A stretch of DNA of 64,000 bases, from NCBI GenBank assembly GCA_963744995.1, contig CAVUWA010000002.1:1172079-1236078 (forward strand), given 5' to 3'. This DNA comes from Candidatus Eiseniibacteriota bacterium (GTDB lineage Bacteria > Eisenbacteria > RBG-16-71-46). The notes under the pieces are model-generated. The model ran no database searches. It saw only the letters and a program-made list of their open reading frames with translations, and had not been told where the DNA came from. Numbering within the stretch: position 1 is the stretch's first letter; every line of letters starts with the position of its first letter. A program made the translations under genes and the position numbers. This document shows positions 40,780 through 52,538 of the stretch, in pieces.

Positions 40780-41538
40780 ATGAAGAGACCCGTCTTCTTG
40801 CAGGCGGCGTTGAATGGCGACCGGATTCACCCGGCAGCGCCCCGCACCCCTGCGGCCATTGCAGAGGCGGCCCGAGCGGTCGCCGCGGCCGGCGCTCGAT
40901 CGGTACACGTCCACGCGTTCGACGAGGCCGGTCGAGAGACGCTCGAGAGTAGCGCTTGCGCCCGCGTGCTCGGCGCGATCCGGGAGCGCTGTCCCGGGAT
41001 TCCGATTTCCTTGACGACGTCCGCTTCGATCGTGCCGGATCCACGCGAGCGTCTCGGAGTGGTCGAGGCATGGGAGGAACTGCCGGACCTCGTCACGGCG
41101 AATCAGGGCGAGCCGGCCATCGTCGAGCTGTGTGAGTCGCTGCTTGCGCGAGGCGTCGAGATCGAAGCCGGGCTGTTGAGCGTCGATGATGCTCGCGCTT
41201 TCGTGCGCTCCGGATTGGCCGCTCGGTGCCGCCGCGTCCTCATCGAACCGCTCGATGCCGATCCGGACGTCGCGGTGCAGCACGCAGCCCGAATCGAAGA
41301 CGTCCTGAGGTCCGCAGGCATCGCCCTCGAACAAGTCCACCACGGCTACGGCGTCGCGTGTTGGGCGGTCAACAAGCGGGGACTCTACCGAGGCCACGGC
41401 ATTCGTACCGGTCTCGAAGACGTAACGTCCCTGCCCGACGGCACCCCGGCCCGGGACAACGCGGAATTGGTCACGGCGGCTGCCCGCCTGGCCCGGAGTC
41501 ACGTGGACCTCGCTTCCGAGAACGATTCTGCCGGGTGA
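40780..41538 (+). CDS. 3-keto-5-aminohexanoate cleavage enzyme (BKACE) family
   Basis: QAALNG, GARSVHVH, IRTGLED, DNAELV. Confidence 0.88.
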   Translation: MKRPVFLQAALNGDRIHPAAPRTPAAIAEAARAVAAAGARSVHVHAFDEAGRETLESSACARVLGAIRERCPGIPISLTTSASIVPDPRERLGVVEAWEELPDLVTANQGEPAIVELCESLLARGVEIEAGLLSVDDARAFVRSGLAARCRRVLIEPLDADPDVAVQHAARIEDVLRSAGIALEQVHHGYGVACWAVNKRGLYRGHGIRTGLEDVTSLPDGTPARDNAELVTAAARLARSHVDLASENDSAG

Positions 41539-41599
41539 CCGATGTCCGCCAGCGTTCCTGCGGGTGTCGATGTGGCCCTCGCAGCGGGCCATGTCCGGG

Positions 41600-42860
41600 T
41601 CGATAAGATCTCTCACCCCCGCCGGCACCCAGGCTACGCCCGCATGGACACTCGCTCCAGCCTGAAGGCTTCGCGCCGCCCGAGCTGAAGCAGCACGCTG
41701 GCCGCCCGACTCGGTCGCACGACCCCACGTCGCGGCCCATTCCGCCCGCACCGGCCGCTGCGCCGGCACACCGAGCCCACCACGTGTCCCGGTATCTCGC
41801 GAGCGCGCCCATGCGGGGGAGGGGATTCGGTCCACGGCGTTCTGCGTTACGCCGCCGCGTCCGCCCACGGTCCTGCGCGCGCGTCGATGCCGTTCCGCTC
41901 GAGGTGGGCGAGGATCCGCCGCACGGCGCGCGGCGCGGTGACGAACGCGATGATGCGCATCGCGCCCGCGCAGGCCGGGCAGACGTGGACCTCGATCTCG
42001 AATACGCGGCGCAGCAGTTCGGCCCAGCGGCGGCGGCGGGCGCGCAGCGCGGGCCAGTCGTCCGCGGGCGCCGCCGCGGGGGATGGCGCCGGCCCCGGCG
42101 CAGTGACGCCGCGCGCGCCGTTCGGCACGACGCCACGCCGCCGCCACCACAGCCGCCGCCGCGTGGCATACGCGCCGTAGTAGCGCACCCGGGTTTCGTA
42201 GGGGTCGGGCACGTGCGTGACCCAGCGGGCCAGGAACTCGAGCGCGCTCATGCGATGGACGCCGGCATAGGGGCCGCTGGCGGCGTCGGAGACGAGCTCG
42301 ACCTGGGCGCGGTCGGGGTCATAGCGCAGGCGGTCCTCGGCGATCGGAGCGCGCGCGCCGTAGCGGGCGACGCGCGTGAGGCTCGTGCGATCGTCGCCGG
42401 CGATCAGGGGGCCGATGTGCGCGCCGAAGCCCGAGTGCGGCCAGGCGAGCATGGCGGCGGCGGCTTCTTCTTCGAGCCAGCCCTCGCGTGCGAACCAGGC
42501 GAGGACGGCGCGGCGGAACGATTCCTGGAGGGTGGCGGGGTCGTGCGTGGGGGCGGAGTGGAACCGGGCGTCGCGCGTGAACGCGCCGTCGGTCATCAGC
42601 ACGTGCAGGTGCGGATGCCAGTGCGCGATCGAGCCGAAAGTCTGCACGCAGATGATCGCCCCGGGGGCGGCGTCTCGATCGCCGAGCCCGGCCTGCAGGT
42701 AGCGGCTCAGGACGCGGGCGGCGAGTCGGCTCAGGCCGCCGAGGCGGCGGCGGTCATATAGAAGGTAGGGCCTGAGTCGCCTGGGCAGCGTCAGCACGAT
42801 CTGGCGGTGCGGCACGTCGAGCAGCAGCGACTCCTCCAGCCACAGGCTCCACTCGGCCAG
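41600..42860 (-). mobile_element. IS91/ISCR-like element, 5'-truncated transposase (41847-42860)
   Basis: End CTTATCGA; HPHLH HUH motif, WPHSGF, RYYG; Zn-finger N-terminus missing. Confidence 0.9.
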
Positions 42861-42995
42861 CAGCGACGGCATTACCGCGAGCAGGCGCGCGGTCGAGTAC
42901 AGAGGGTTCAGCGGCAGATGGTCGTACCCCGAATGAACGACGTACGCGATCGCGAAGCCGGCCAGGCACCGTGGCACGACCAGTCCGCGCCGACA
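42861..42995 (-). pseudogene. PrsW-like membrane protease fragment fused in frame to the transposase
   Basis: GFAIAYVVHSGYDHLPLNPLYSTARLLAVMPSLL resembles the PrsW HxxYD/N helix. Confidence 0.35.
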
Positions 42996-43097
42996 CGTCC
43001 CAGGAACGCGTACCGCCGCCGTTCCCAGAGGTAAACTCTTGACATTCACGGCCTCGCATGGACCTTCCCCCATACCTCTGTAACTCTAGGAGTTCCC

Positions 43098-45092
43098 ATG
43101 CGTTCGAGACTTCTGTTCGGCCTCGTCGGCGTCGCCGCGTTTGCCGGCATCGCCGTCGCGATCGTCGTATCGATCCTCCCGCAGCGCACCCCGAGCCTCC
43201 GCCGGCCTTCCGAAGACGAGGCGGCGGGGCTTTTCCCGACCGACTGGTTCGGCGCGCAGCGCGCCTGGCCCTACGACCACATCCCTCAGGAATCGTTCCG
43301 GCAGGCGGCGCGGCAGGCGATGGTCGAGCGCACCGCGCAGGCGCTCTCGACCAGCGGCACCGTGCAGCCGGTATGGACGCAGGCGGGCCCGTTCAACATC
43401 GGCGGCCTCGTGACCGCCCTCGACGCCGTGCCCGGGGGCGCGAGCGTGTACCTCGCTTCGGCCAACGGCGGCGTGTTCAAGTCGGTGAACTCGGGCGTCA
43501 ACTGGACGCCCATCAGCGACGGCATGCCGTTCTTCTCGATCGGCGCGCTGGCGATCGACCCGAACGACAACGACCTCGTCTACGTGGGCACCGGCGAGGC
43601 GAACGCCGCCACGGATTCCTATGACGGCGACGGGCTGTGGCGCTGGAACGAAGCCGCCCAGAGCTGGACCCACCTCGGCCTCGATGCGACCGCGCGCATC
43701 GGGCGGATCGCGATCGACTCGCAGAACTCGAACCGCATCTACGTCGCCGCCATGGGACACTTGTTCTCGACCGATTCCAACCGCGGGCTCTACCGCAGCG
43801 AGGACGGCGGTCAGACCTGGAGCCAGGTGCTGTACGTCAACGACAGCACCGGCGTCACCGACGTCGCCGTGAATCCGGCGCATCCGGAAACCGTGTTCGT
43901 CGCAACGTGGGAGTGTCTGCGGCGGCCGACCTACCGCCGCGCCTACGGGCCGGATTGCGGCATCTGGCGCAGCATCGACTACGGCTCGACGTGGACCCGG
44001 CTGCAGGCGGGCCTGCCGGCGCCCTCCGATACCGTCGGGCGCATCGGCCTCGCGATCGCGCCGTCCACGCCTTCGACCATCTACGCCCAGATCATGACCG
44101 GCGCGAACCTCGGCTACCAGGGACTCGGCATGTACCGGAGCGAGGACGGCGGCGACACGTGGGTCCGCCGCGACGTGAGCGGGTTCACCGACATCTTCGG
44201 GGGCTTCTCCTGGTTCTTCGGCAGGGTCGCGGTGAGTCCGTCCGACCCGGACGAGGTGTGGTCGCTGGGTCCCCTCCTCGCGCGTTCGACCGACGGAGGG
44301 CAGACGTACACCTACACCACCGAGACCCTGCACGCGGACCAGCACGCCGTTTGGTTCGATCCGCTGAACCCGTCGCACGTCTACATCGGGAACGACGGCG
44401 GGTTCTATTCGTCGGTGGACGACGGCGCGAGCTGGACCAAGTCGGTGGACCTGCCGATCACGCAGTTCTACGCGGCGGACATCGATCCCTCGAACCCGCA
44501 GCGGCTGATCGGAGGCACCCAGGACAACTACACGCTGATCACCGACGGCTCTCCGAGCGGGTGGTACAAGATCTTCCCCGGCGATGGCTTCTACTGTCTG
44601 ATCGACCCGACCGACCCGAACGTGATCTTCGCCGAGTACTACTACTGCTGCTACCACTCCGGACCGTTTCGCTCGGTGGACGGCGGAGCCAACTTCACCC
44701 CGCCGAGCGGGTTCGTCGACACCGACCGGTACAACTGGTGCGCCCCGTACGTCATGGACCCGAGCGACCACGAGGTCGTGCTGGTCGGCAGCCAGCGCGT
44801 CTACAAGAGCACCGACAACGGGGTGAGCTACAGCATCGTGAGCGGCGACCTGACCACGAACCCGCCGGCCCAGTGGGACTTCGGGACCATCACCACGCTC
44901 GCGATCTCGCCGGTCAGCCCGCGGATCTACCTTGCGGGGACCGACGACGGCAGGGTCTGGCGCTCGCGCGACGCCGGCTCGACCTGGGAGAACATCTCGG
45001 CCGGGCTGCCGGTGCGCTACGTGACCCGGGTGACCGCCGACCCCGCGGACAGCAACGTGGTTTACGTGACGCATTCGGGGTTCGGCCTGTGA
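43098..45092 (+). pseudogene. BNR/Asp-box (VPS10/GH74-like) propeller protein, C-truncated by an oriIS end
   Basis: Repeated SxDGGxTW, GTGEAN, HADQH, GNDGG, GGTQDN; stops mid-blade at HSGFGL with TGA supplied by the IS end. Confidence 0.85.
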
Positions 45093-45668
45093 ATAGGAAC
45101 TCTCAGAGTCCCGGTGCGAAGTCTGCACCGCGCCTGCCGCCCGCGCCAGCCTGAAATCCCGCCGCCGTCGGCCGCGCGTCGCCGCGAGTGGCGTTCGAGA
45201 AGCCCGTGTACTACCGCGCGCTCCGTCGGAAGCCCCGCACCCCGTGCCTTCACCAGAGAACCGCACAGACGGACCCCGCGATGCGTCCCGGAGTTCTCTT
45301 CCCGAGCGCGCCCATCGCGGGGGAGGGGATTCCGTCCCCGGCGTTCTGCGTTACGCCGCCGCGTCCGCCCACGGTCCGGCGCGCGCGTCGATGCCGTTCC
45401 GCTCGAGGTGGGCGAGGATCCGCCGCACCGCCTGCTGTACGGTGACGAACGCGATGATGCGCATCGCGCCGGCGCAGGCCGGGCACACGTGGACTTCGAT
45501 GTCGAATACGCGGCGCAGCAGTTCGGCCCAGCGGCGGCGGCGGGCGCGCAGCGCGGGCCAGTCGTCCGCGGGTGCCGCGGCCGGGGGTGGCAGCGAGCCC
45601 TGTGCGGGCGCGCCTCGCGTGCCCTCGGGCACCACGCCCACGCGCCGCCACCAGAGCCGGCGCCGTGT
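45090..45668 (-). mobile_element. IS91/ISCR-like 3' fragment, apparently identical to 52536-53114
   Basis: TGAATAGGAACTCTCAGAG end; identical translations at offset 7446. Confidence 0.92.
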
Positions 45669-46814
45669 ATGGGCACACGCGCGGGCGGTGAAATATTCCT
45701 CTATCGTCAGATGTGCAAATTCCACTGCGTATCGCCTGCTCTCAATGAGCAGGCCTAGCTCCACCAGCTGTCGTAGTCGTTCTGGCGCGTCTGTCACTTC
45801 ACCATTCATCTCACGGAGTACATTGGCCGCCGCACGATGCGCGTGAGCTATATCAATAACACCACGCCCGCCAATATTGCTATCGCTTCGGCGCATGTCG
45901 TCAAGCGCAAGTGCCTCCAGAATTGCGACGCATACCCCACGATCTACTACCCCTCGTCTCACGAAGAGCTCCTCAACCGCAGCAGCGTAAAGCTGCGCCC
46001 GCCCTCGGGGCAGCTCAAAGGAGAGATTGCGGTACATATATGCAATAATCGTCAGCATAAGGGGGCTGCGCGCGACAGACACAAGTCGCGCATTGGCTGT
46101 GAGGGCATTGCCCAGATGTTGGCCAGAGTGTCCTGCTGGAAAGAGTCCACTCCGGTCGCAATTGTCCAGGAATCTCGCGATCGCATGGTCGTCGAACTCA
46201 ACGAGTTCATAGGTCTGATTGAAGCCGCGCGCATAGGCGGGCTGGTAGGCTGCCGGTCGACATGTGACAACGATCGGGCAGCATGGATGGCACTCAAGAA
46301 AGTCGCCGAGGAGACGCCTCACCGTTTCGCGCAGGTGGGGTGCCACTTCGTCCATGCCATCCACGAGGACCAAGATCGTGCCATGCTGTAGAGCCGCGGC
46401 TACGTAGTCCAGTGTCGTCGCATGCTTGCGAGCGTCATGCGGCCTTTCGCGCAATAGCACATCAACAATCAGTTCGCCGAGCGACACCACACTCTGAATG
46501 CGGTCGGGGGCTAGATCGCGTAGGGCGATCAGAACGGGCGTGATACCCCTGAAGCCGAGGAATTGTGGTCGCTCCAAGGAGTCGAGAGCCAGGCGCTGAA
46601 GGAGAACTGACTTTCCGCTACCGGGATCGCCAATGACGAAGAGCTTGCGATGTCTGCGGAAAGCCTCTGCTACTTCTAGAGTGAAATCCTTGTCTGTCAG
46701 CCGAAGAGGTACGTATGCGTCGCGTAGAGAAAGAAACCAGTCTGCGCCGAAACCGAGTTTGGCAGACCGGAGTTGGCGACGGATCCTACTGCGGAAACGA
46801 TGCCTGGTACGCAA
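45669..46814 (-). pseudogene. NACHT/STAND NTPase fragment fused in frame to the transposase C-terminus
   Basis: GDPGSGKS Walker A, LVDGMDE Walker B, VTCR, PLML, FAHLTIEEYF; lower GC. Confidence 0.85.
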
Positions 46815-47492
46815 GTGGCGACGGTGCTGGCGTGCTCGCGGAGGGGCGTTACAATAGCCAGTGACCTATCCGAATGAGCGGTCCGCGGACTACTATGAGT
46901 AATAGCACTGGAATGACAAAGTGTAGAACCGTGCGCTGGCCGCTGTCGTGACCGCGCTGGAACGCGATAGTGTCTGATGTGCTGGATGCCTAGAGGTTAG
47001 AGCAATGATGCCGTAACGTCTGCAACCCAGCTACGATCGCCCACGGTAAAGGGCCGCAGTGCGAACGCCTGAGCCCGGAGGGTCTTGCTGTTTGCGGCTT
47101 GGGTTGTGTGTTCGTGCGGGTGGGAATGTGGGTGGGCTGAATAGCCAATGTCTGGCCAGACATCCAGAGTACGACGATGGTCAGCGCGGCAGAAGTGTCG
47201 GCTCGATCGGCCGCAGCGCCTTGCGATGAGTCATAGTGAAGGGAGGGTACTCGAATGGGCTAGACGATGGAAGGCGTGAGTGCATTGTGACTTGTGGGCT
47301 GTGCTGCTATGTGGTGCAGTGGCAATGTGATGACGCGTTGTGCTAAACGGGCACTTTTCGTGGGCCACTGAGCCACCTGGTGTGTGCTAGGTTGGAGCCC
47401 AGCGAGGTGGAGCTGGCGCGTTGAATGGGATTGCGGACCGGCATCGCGCTGGAGGAGGTGTGAGTATTGGCGGTACTGGGACCGTTCAGAGA

Positions 47493-49762
47493 GGGCCTGT
47501 CCTCGATTTTGTGTAAGCGGCGTCTCGGGTGACGTGCGGTAGTCTCTTCCCTGAAAGGAAGGGACACCATGAAGCGGAGGATCCGCAAGGAACTTCTGGA
47601 CGAGCTGCTGGCCGACTACAAGGGGCCCGAGGACCTGACCGGTCCGGATGGGCTGCTGAAGCAGCTCACGGGTGCGCTGGTGGAACGGGCGCTGGCGGCC
47701 GAGCTGACCGATCACCTGGGCCACGAACCCGGCGAGCGGAACCGGGAGACGGCAACGCCCGCAACGGGACGACGCCGAAGACGCTGACGACGGATCAGGG
47801 CGAAGTGCCGATCGAGGTGCCGCGCGATCGCGCCGGCTCGTTCGAGCCGCAACTGGTGAAGAAGCACCAGCGGCGCTTCACCGGGTTCGACGACAAGATC
47901 CTGTCGATGTACGCGCGCGGGATGAGCGTGCGCGACATCCAGGCGCACTGTCGGAGCTGTACGGGACGGAGATCTCGCCATCGCTGATCTCGACGGTGAC
48001 CGACGCGGTGGTGGACGAGGTGGCGAAGTGGCAGGCGCGGCCGCTGGAGGCGGTGTGGCCGATCGTCTACCTCGATGCGATCGTGCTGAAGGTGCGCGAC
48101 CAGGGCGTGGTGCAGAACAAGCACGTCTACATGGCGCTCGGCATCAGCCTCGAGGGCAAGAAGGAAGTGCTGGGGCTGTGGATCGAGACCGAACGAGGGG
48201 GCGAAGTTCTGGCTCAAGGTGATCACGGAGCTCAAGAACCGCGGGATCGCCGACATCTTCGTGATCTGCTGCGACGGGCTGAAGGGCTTTCCCGAGGCGA
48301 TCGAGGCCGTGTTCCCGCAGACGATCGTGCAGACCTGCATCGTGCATCTGATCCGCAGCTCGACCCGGTTCGTGGCCTGGATCAATCGCAAGGCCCTGAT
48401 CGGCGACCTGCGCCGGGTGTACGCGGCCGAGACCGAGGAGGCGGCGCTCGCGGCGCTCGCCGAGTTCGAGAAGAAGTGGGGCGAGCGCTACCCGATGGTG
48501 GCGCAATCCTGGCGCTCGAACTGGGAGCGGGTGCGGCCGTTCTTCGCGTTCGCGCGCGACGTGCGGCGGATCATCTACACGACCAACGCGATCGAGTCGC
48601 TGAACTTCTCGCTGCGCAAGGTGACGAAGGCGCGCGGCCACTTCCCGAACGACGAGGCCGCGCTGAAGCTGGTGTACCTGGCGATCCGCAACATGGAAAA
48701 GAAGTGGACACGCCAGCCGCAGTACTGGAATCTCGCGCTGAACCAGTTCGCAATCATGTTCGAAGGACGACTGCCCGCGTGACCGGGAGCGCACTTACAC
48801 AGAAATCCGTTACGCCGCGCCCCGACTCGCAAGTGAAACGGAAGCTCGCTGCGCTCGAACACGCCGTAGCTGGCAGGAACGTGTCCCGGACCTGCCGCTA
48901 CTTCGGGATCTCCCGGGACACGTTTTATGAGTGGCGCAGGGCCTATCGGCGCGACGGCGAGGCGGGTCTGCTCCCGCGCAAGCGGGGTCCGAAGCGACCA
49001 CCGGCGAACCGCCTGCCCGAGACGCTGCAAGCCCAGATCCTCCAGATTCGCCGCGACTTCAACTTCGGTCCGCAGCGGATCGTCTGGTACCTCCAGCGCT
49101 ACCACGACATTCGCGTCTCCACGGGCGCGGTCTACTACACGCTTCGGCGGAGAGGGATGAATGTCCTCCCGAAGACCGCCTCGGTGCGCGCCATCCCGTC
49201 CTGGCATCGGTACGAGAAGGAAGTGCCAGGGCATCACGTCCAGGTCGACGTGAAGTTTCTGAGTCTGATCGATGAGCGTGGGCGGCGCGTCCGCCGCTAC
49301 CAGTACACCGCCATCGACGATGCGACCCGGATTCGGGCTTTGAAGGTCTACCCGACCCACAATCAGCGCACCGCGATCACCTTCGTGGACTACGTGCTGG
49401 AACGCTTCCCGTTCCGGATCCGCCAGATCCGCACCGATCGTGGCCACGAGTTCCAGGCGCAGTTCCACTGGTACGTCGAGGAGCTCGGCATCCAGCACGT
49501 CTACATCAAACCGCGCTCACCGAGACTCAATGGCAAGGTGGAGCAGTGGCGTCGAACCGATGCGGTCGAGTTCTACCAGCTCCTCAGCTACAAGGACGAC
49601 GTCGATCTCGAGGCCAAGCTCGCCGAGTGGGAGCGCTTCTACAACCTCGTCAGACCCCATGGCGCTCACCGTGGAAAGACCCCTTACGAAGTCCTTCGGG
49701 AGCGGCTATCTTCCTCCAGCGACCGTCAGGCTCAGGCGTGAACCACACATCCGGACAGTCCC
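47493..49762 (+). mobile_element. IS256-family element (frameshifted) with IS481 inserted in its right IR
   Basis: Left IR GGGCCTGT...[28 protein letters not shown]; right IR split into CTTACACAGAAATCCG (to 48809) and TCCGGACAGTCCC (49750-49762). Confidence 0.88.
48810..49749 (+). mobile_element. IS481-family element, transposase ~48833-49741
   Basis: [43 protein letters not shown]; ends CACACA. Confidence 0.9.
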
Positions 49763-49763
49763 C

Positions 49764-49954
49764 CCGCTCGAGCAGTTTGTTCCCCGAACAGCAACCTCAC
49801 TCCGCGGCCTCCTCCTGAACGAACGGCTCTACGAAACTCACGCATCTGGTGCGCGTCCTGCGCACCTAATCTGTTCGACTGCATCTTCCCGCTATTCTGC
49901 GCGTTCTGTTCCAGGAACGATACGGCTGGAGAGTGACCCCGTCAATGGATCCGT
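49764..49954. repeat. Second copy of the recombinase-associated segment, in the opposite orientation
   Basis: 49764-49888 matches the reverse complement of 60568-62031 (IS256 removed); 49889-49954 matches 62047-62112 directly. Confidence 0.88.
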
Positions 49955-49959
49955 ACAGC

Positions 49960-50037
49960 GGCAAGACCCCTTACCGAAGTACTCCCCGAGCGGCTATCTT
50001 CCTCTAGCGACTGTCAGGCCCAAGCGAGAACCACACA
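49960..50037 (+). mobile_element. Degenerate duplicate of the IS481 right end
   Basis: AAGACCCCTTAC...GAGCGGCTATCTTCCTC...GAACCACACA matches 49676-49749. Confidence 0.75.
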
Positions 50038-50171
50038 TCCTGCAGGCTTTCGCCAACTCCCCCACTAGTGGCTTTCTGATCGATCATCAACTCGCGGTCT
50101 ATGGGTCGCTTGCAGCTCAATCCTAGTGGTGGCATGTAGGTAGCCAGTTTCCGAACGGCAGGCGCTATGGT

Positions 50172-50798
50172 TCACTCATCGCGTTCAAGAGTCCCAGCAC
50201 GCGATTTTTTCCCAACGCGAAGATACCAGTCAAAGCCAATAAGCAATAGGATCGCGTGACCCCGTGGTGTCATCACAACCCCCCCATCTGATCCTTGCCA
50301 CAGCCAAGCATATCTTACCTCGCCGCGAAACCTTCCACACGAACCGACCGGGCCTGCGACGCCAACACTTCCATGTGCGACGGGACTTGCACTCCCGAGG
50401 CGCCCGCCCCCCCGCGGAGACCGGTCCTCAAAACCGGAATAGATGAGACCTCCCCCAAGATTCCCAAACAGGGCAACCTCACCTAGCCCGCAAACCGCCA
50501 GCTGGTAGCTAAGCGACCCTACAAGAGAGCGGCTCGCGAATACATGCGCCACACTCTTCGCTGACGCCCCGAGTTCCAGGAAAGCCTCTTTCCTCCGCGT
50601 CTCGTTCGTGATGGACAGTCGAAGGCCGGGTGCTTGCTCCACAAGCGGTCCAACGGCGAGAATCCCCACCGCCGCTTCATCAAGTTGGAAGTCGGAGGCG
50701 AAGAAGTAAGATGCGCCCGCACTGGCCCCAATTCCGAAGTCGGCCCCATGCGCGCTGGAGGGAGTGGCGAGCGCCAGAACCACGGCCAAGCAACTCAA
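50172..50798 (-). CDS. Putative small outer-membrane beta-barrel protein
   Basis: Signal-like N-terminus; amphipathic strands; ...LLIGFDWY near the end; may be decayed. Confidence 0.45.
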   Translation of the reverse strand: MSCLAVVLALATPSSAHGADFGIGASAGASYFFASDFQLDEAAVGILAVGPLVEQAPGLRLSITNETRRKEAFLELGASAKSVAHVFASRSLVGSLSYQLAVCGLGEVALFGNLGGGLIYSGFEDRSPRGGGRLGSASPVAHGSVGVAGPVGSCGRFRGEVRYAWLWQGSDGGVVMTPRGHAILLLIGFDWYLRVGKKSRAGTLERDE

Positions 50799-50913
50799 AG
50801 TGCTGAATCTCCAGTAAACTAGGTACTTATTTCCCTTTACAAGCGTTCCCCCGGCTCCTATGCTGCTGCATCAATTCAGCGTCCCTCTTTTCGCAAGATG
50901 AACGGGTGGTCCC

Positions 50914-51813
50914 ATGCTCTCCTCCCGTGGCGTCACGCGCGCATTACCCATGATCCTTGTCCTCCTAGGCCTCACCTCGTGCGGAGGCGGTAGCGCAGTG
51001 CTTCTTCCGGAACATCTCGCGAGGATGGCTGCACCGACCTTACCCCCCAGCCGCGTTATCCCCTTCGCAACCAACGCCTTTCTAGACGCGCGTCAATGTT
51101 GGGTCTATCTCCCCCCAGGATATGCTCTCAGCGAGGCGTCATACCCAACACTCTATGTGCTCGACGGCCAGGATCTCTTTGATCCTAACGGCTGGGATCT
51201 GACTCCATCCATCGACACCCTCATTTCCACTGGCGCGCTTCCACCCTTTATTCTCGTCGCGATAGCCGCAGCACCTTCCGTCCAGCGCGTCTACGAATAC
51301 ACACCGTTTCTCGATCCGCTTTCCGCCAATCCGACTGGGGGCGGCCCTGCCTTTGCCCGAGCGCTTATTACCACCCTGAAGCCCGCTATCGACCAGTATT
51401 TCCGCACCCGCACATCTTCTTCTAACACTTCGATCGTTGGCGCCTCTCTCGGTGGCCTCCTCGCCTTATACGTTGCATACGCGCATCCGAACGTCTTTCG
51501 CAATGCAGGTGCAATGAGCGGTGCCTTCAATTATGACAATGGGCTGTTCTACTACTACCTTATAGACACTGCGCCAGCTCCATTGTGCCACATATATATA
51601 GACACTGGCACCGTATCCGACAATCTCGCTGCCTGCCGCTATACTCGCGACATTCTCCTCAATAAGGGCTTCCACCTTGGCCACGACCTCACATACATCG
51701 AAGCCGTTGGCGCGAATCATACCCCTCACGCCTGGGCAACGCGTTTTCCCACACTGGTCACAACACTACTGCATCTGGGGGTACCTTCATGCGACACCAT
51801 GCCGCTTCCGTAA
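50914..51813 (+). CDS. Alpha/beta-hydrolase esterase (Fes/IroE-like), probable lipoprotein
   Basis: VYLPPGY, YPTLYVLDGQ, LKPAID, GASLGG, YIDTG, H...W..RF. Confidence 0.85.
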   Translation: MLSSRGVTRALPMILVLLGLTSCGGGSAVLLPEHLARMAAPTLPPSRVIPFATNAFLDARQCWVYLPPGYALSEASYPTLYVLDGQDLFDPNGWDLTPSIDTLISTGALPPFILVAIAAAPSVQRVYEYTPFLDPLSANPTGGGPAFARALITTLKPAIDQYFRTRTSSSNTSIVGASLGGLLALYVAYAHPNVFRNAGAMSGAFNYDNGLFYYYLIDTAPAPLCHIYIDTGTVSDNLAACRYTRDILLNKGFHLGHDLTYIEAVGANHTPHAWATRFPTLVTTLLHLGVPSCDTMPLP

Positions 51814-52538
51814 TGGGCATACTCCTGCTAGTACCGTCAGCAGCACTGTCACAAACACCAGCCCCGCCGTCCCACGTTGTCTCGACAATTGTCAATGCTG
51901 ATGTTGTCCTAAGCGGCCATATATTGCATATATCACATGTACACCGCGCACGCCTCGGCGGATGTGGTGAACACCATACCGGCACAGACGACCTCTTGGA
52001 ATCCGTTATTCGTCTTGATACATTACTCTTGGGCAGCGTCCCTGATACGCTCATATCAACAGTATCGCACTATATTACCAATGCTGACACCGCATTGGCC
52101 CCAGGCGCTCACGTAGTATTCTGGGGATACCGCAATTGTCGGGACGCAAACGCCTTGTGGGGTGCTATCCGCAACGTCGGCAGCGATGGCACCTTCTCTA
52201 CCCACACCAATCCGCTGGTGGGTCCTCCAGGGCGGCTGTCCCTCGCCGCCATCGGTGCACTCATACACAGCACCGCGGCGATGCCACCAGCCCATGCATT
52301 TCATAACATCACATCTATCGGTCTATTCGTTGTCCAAAGTGTGCGGCCCTCCGCGCGCGGATATGAGGTTGATTGCCGCAACGTCGGCTGGCGACTGGAT
52401 CCATTGCCACTTGCCCCTACGACATTCACATATACCTCTGCTGCGCCCTGTCGCCCCATAATACTCCCTGGCGACACCCTAGCTATCCCTCTTCGCGCCA
52501 CTGCAGCCACGGCCATTCAGGGCGTGCTCGCCGTGTGA
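51789..52538 (+). pseudogene. Secreted hypothetical protein truncated by an oriIS end
   Basis: Signal peptide; stop codon supplied by the IS end TGAATAGG. Confidence 0.55.

Noticed and set aside
47569..48300. Programmed frameshifting in IS256, NUDIX or VOC genes
   Set aside because: Multiple scattered indels without slippery sites; decay or long-read error is more likely
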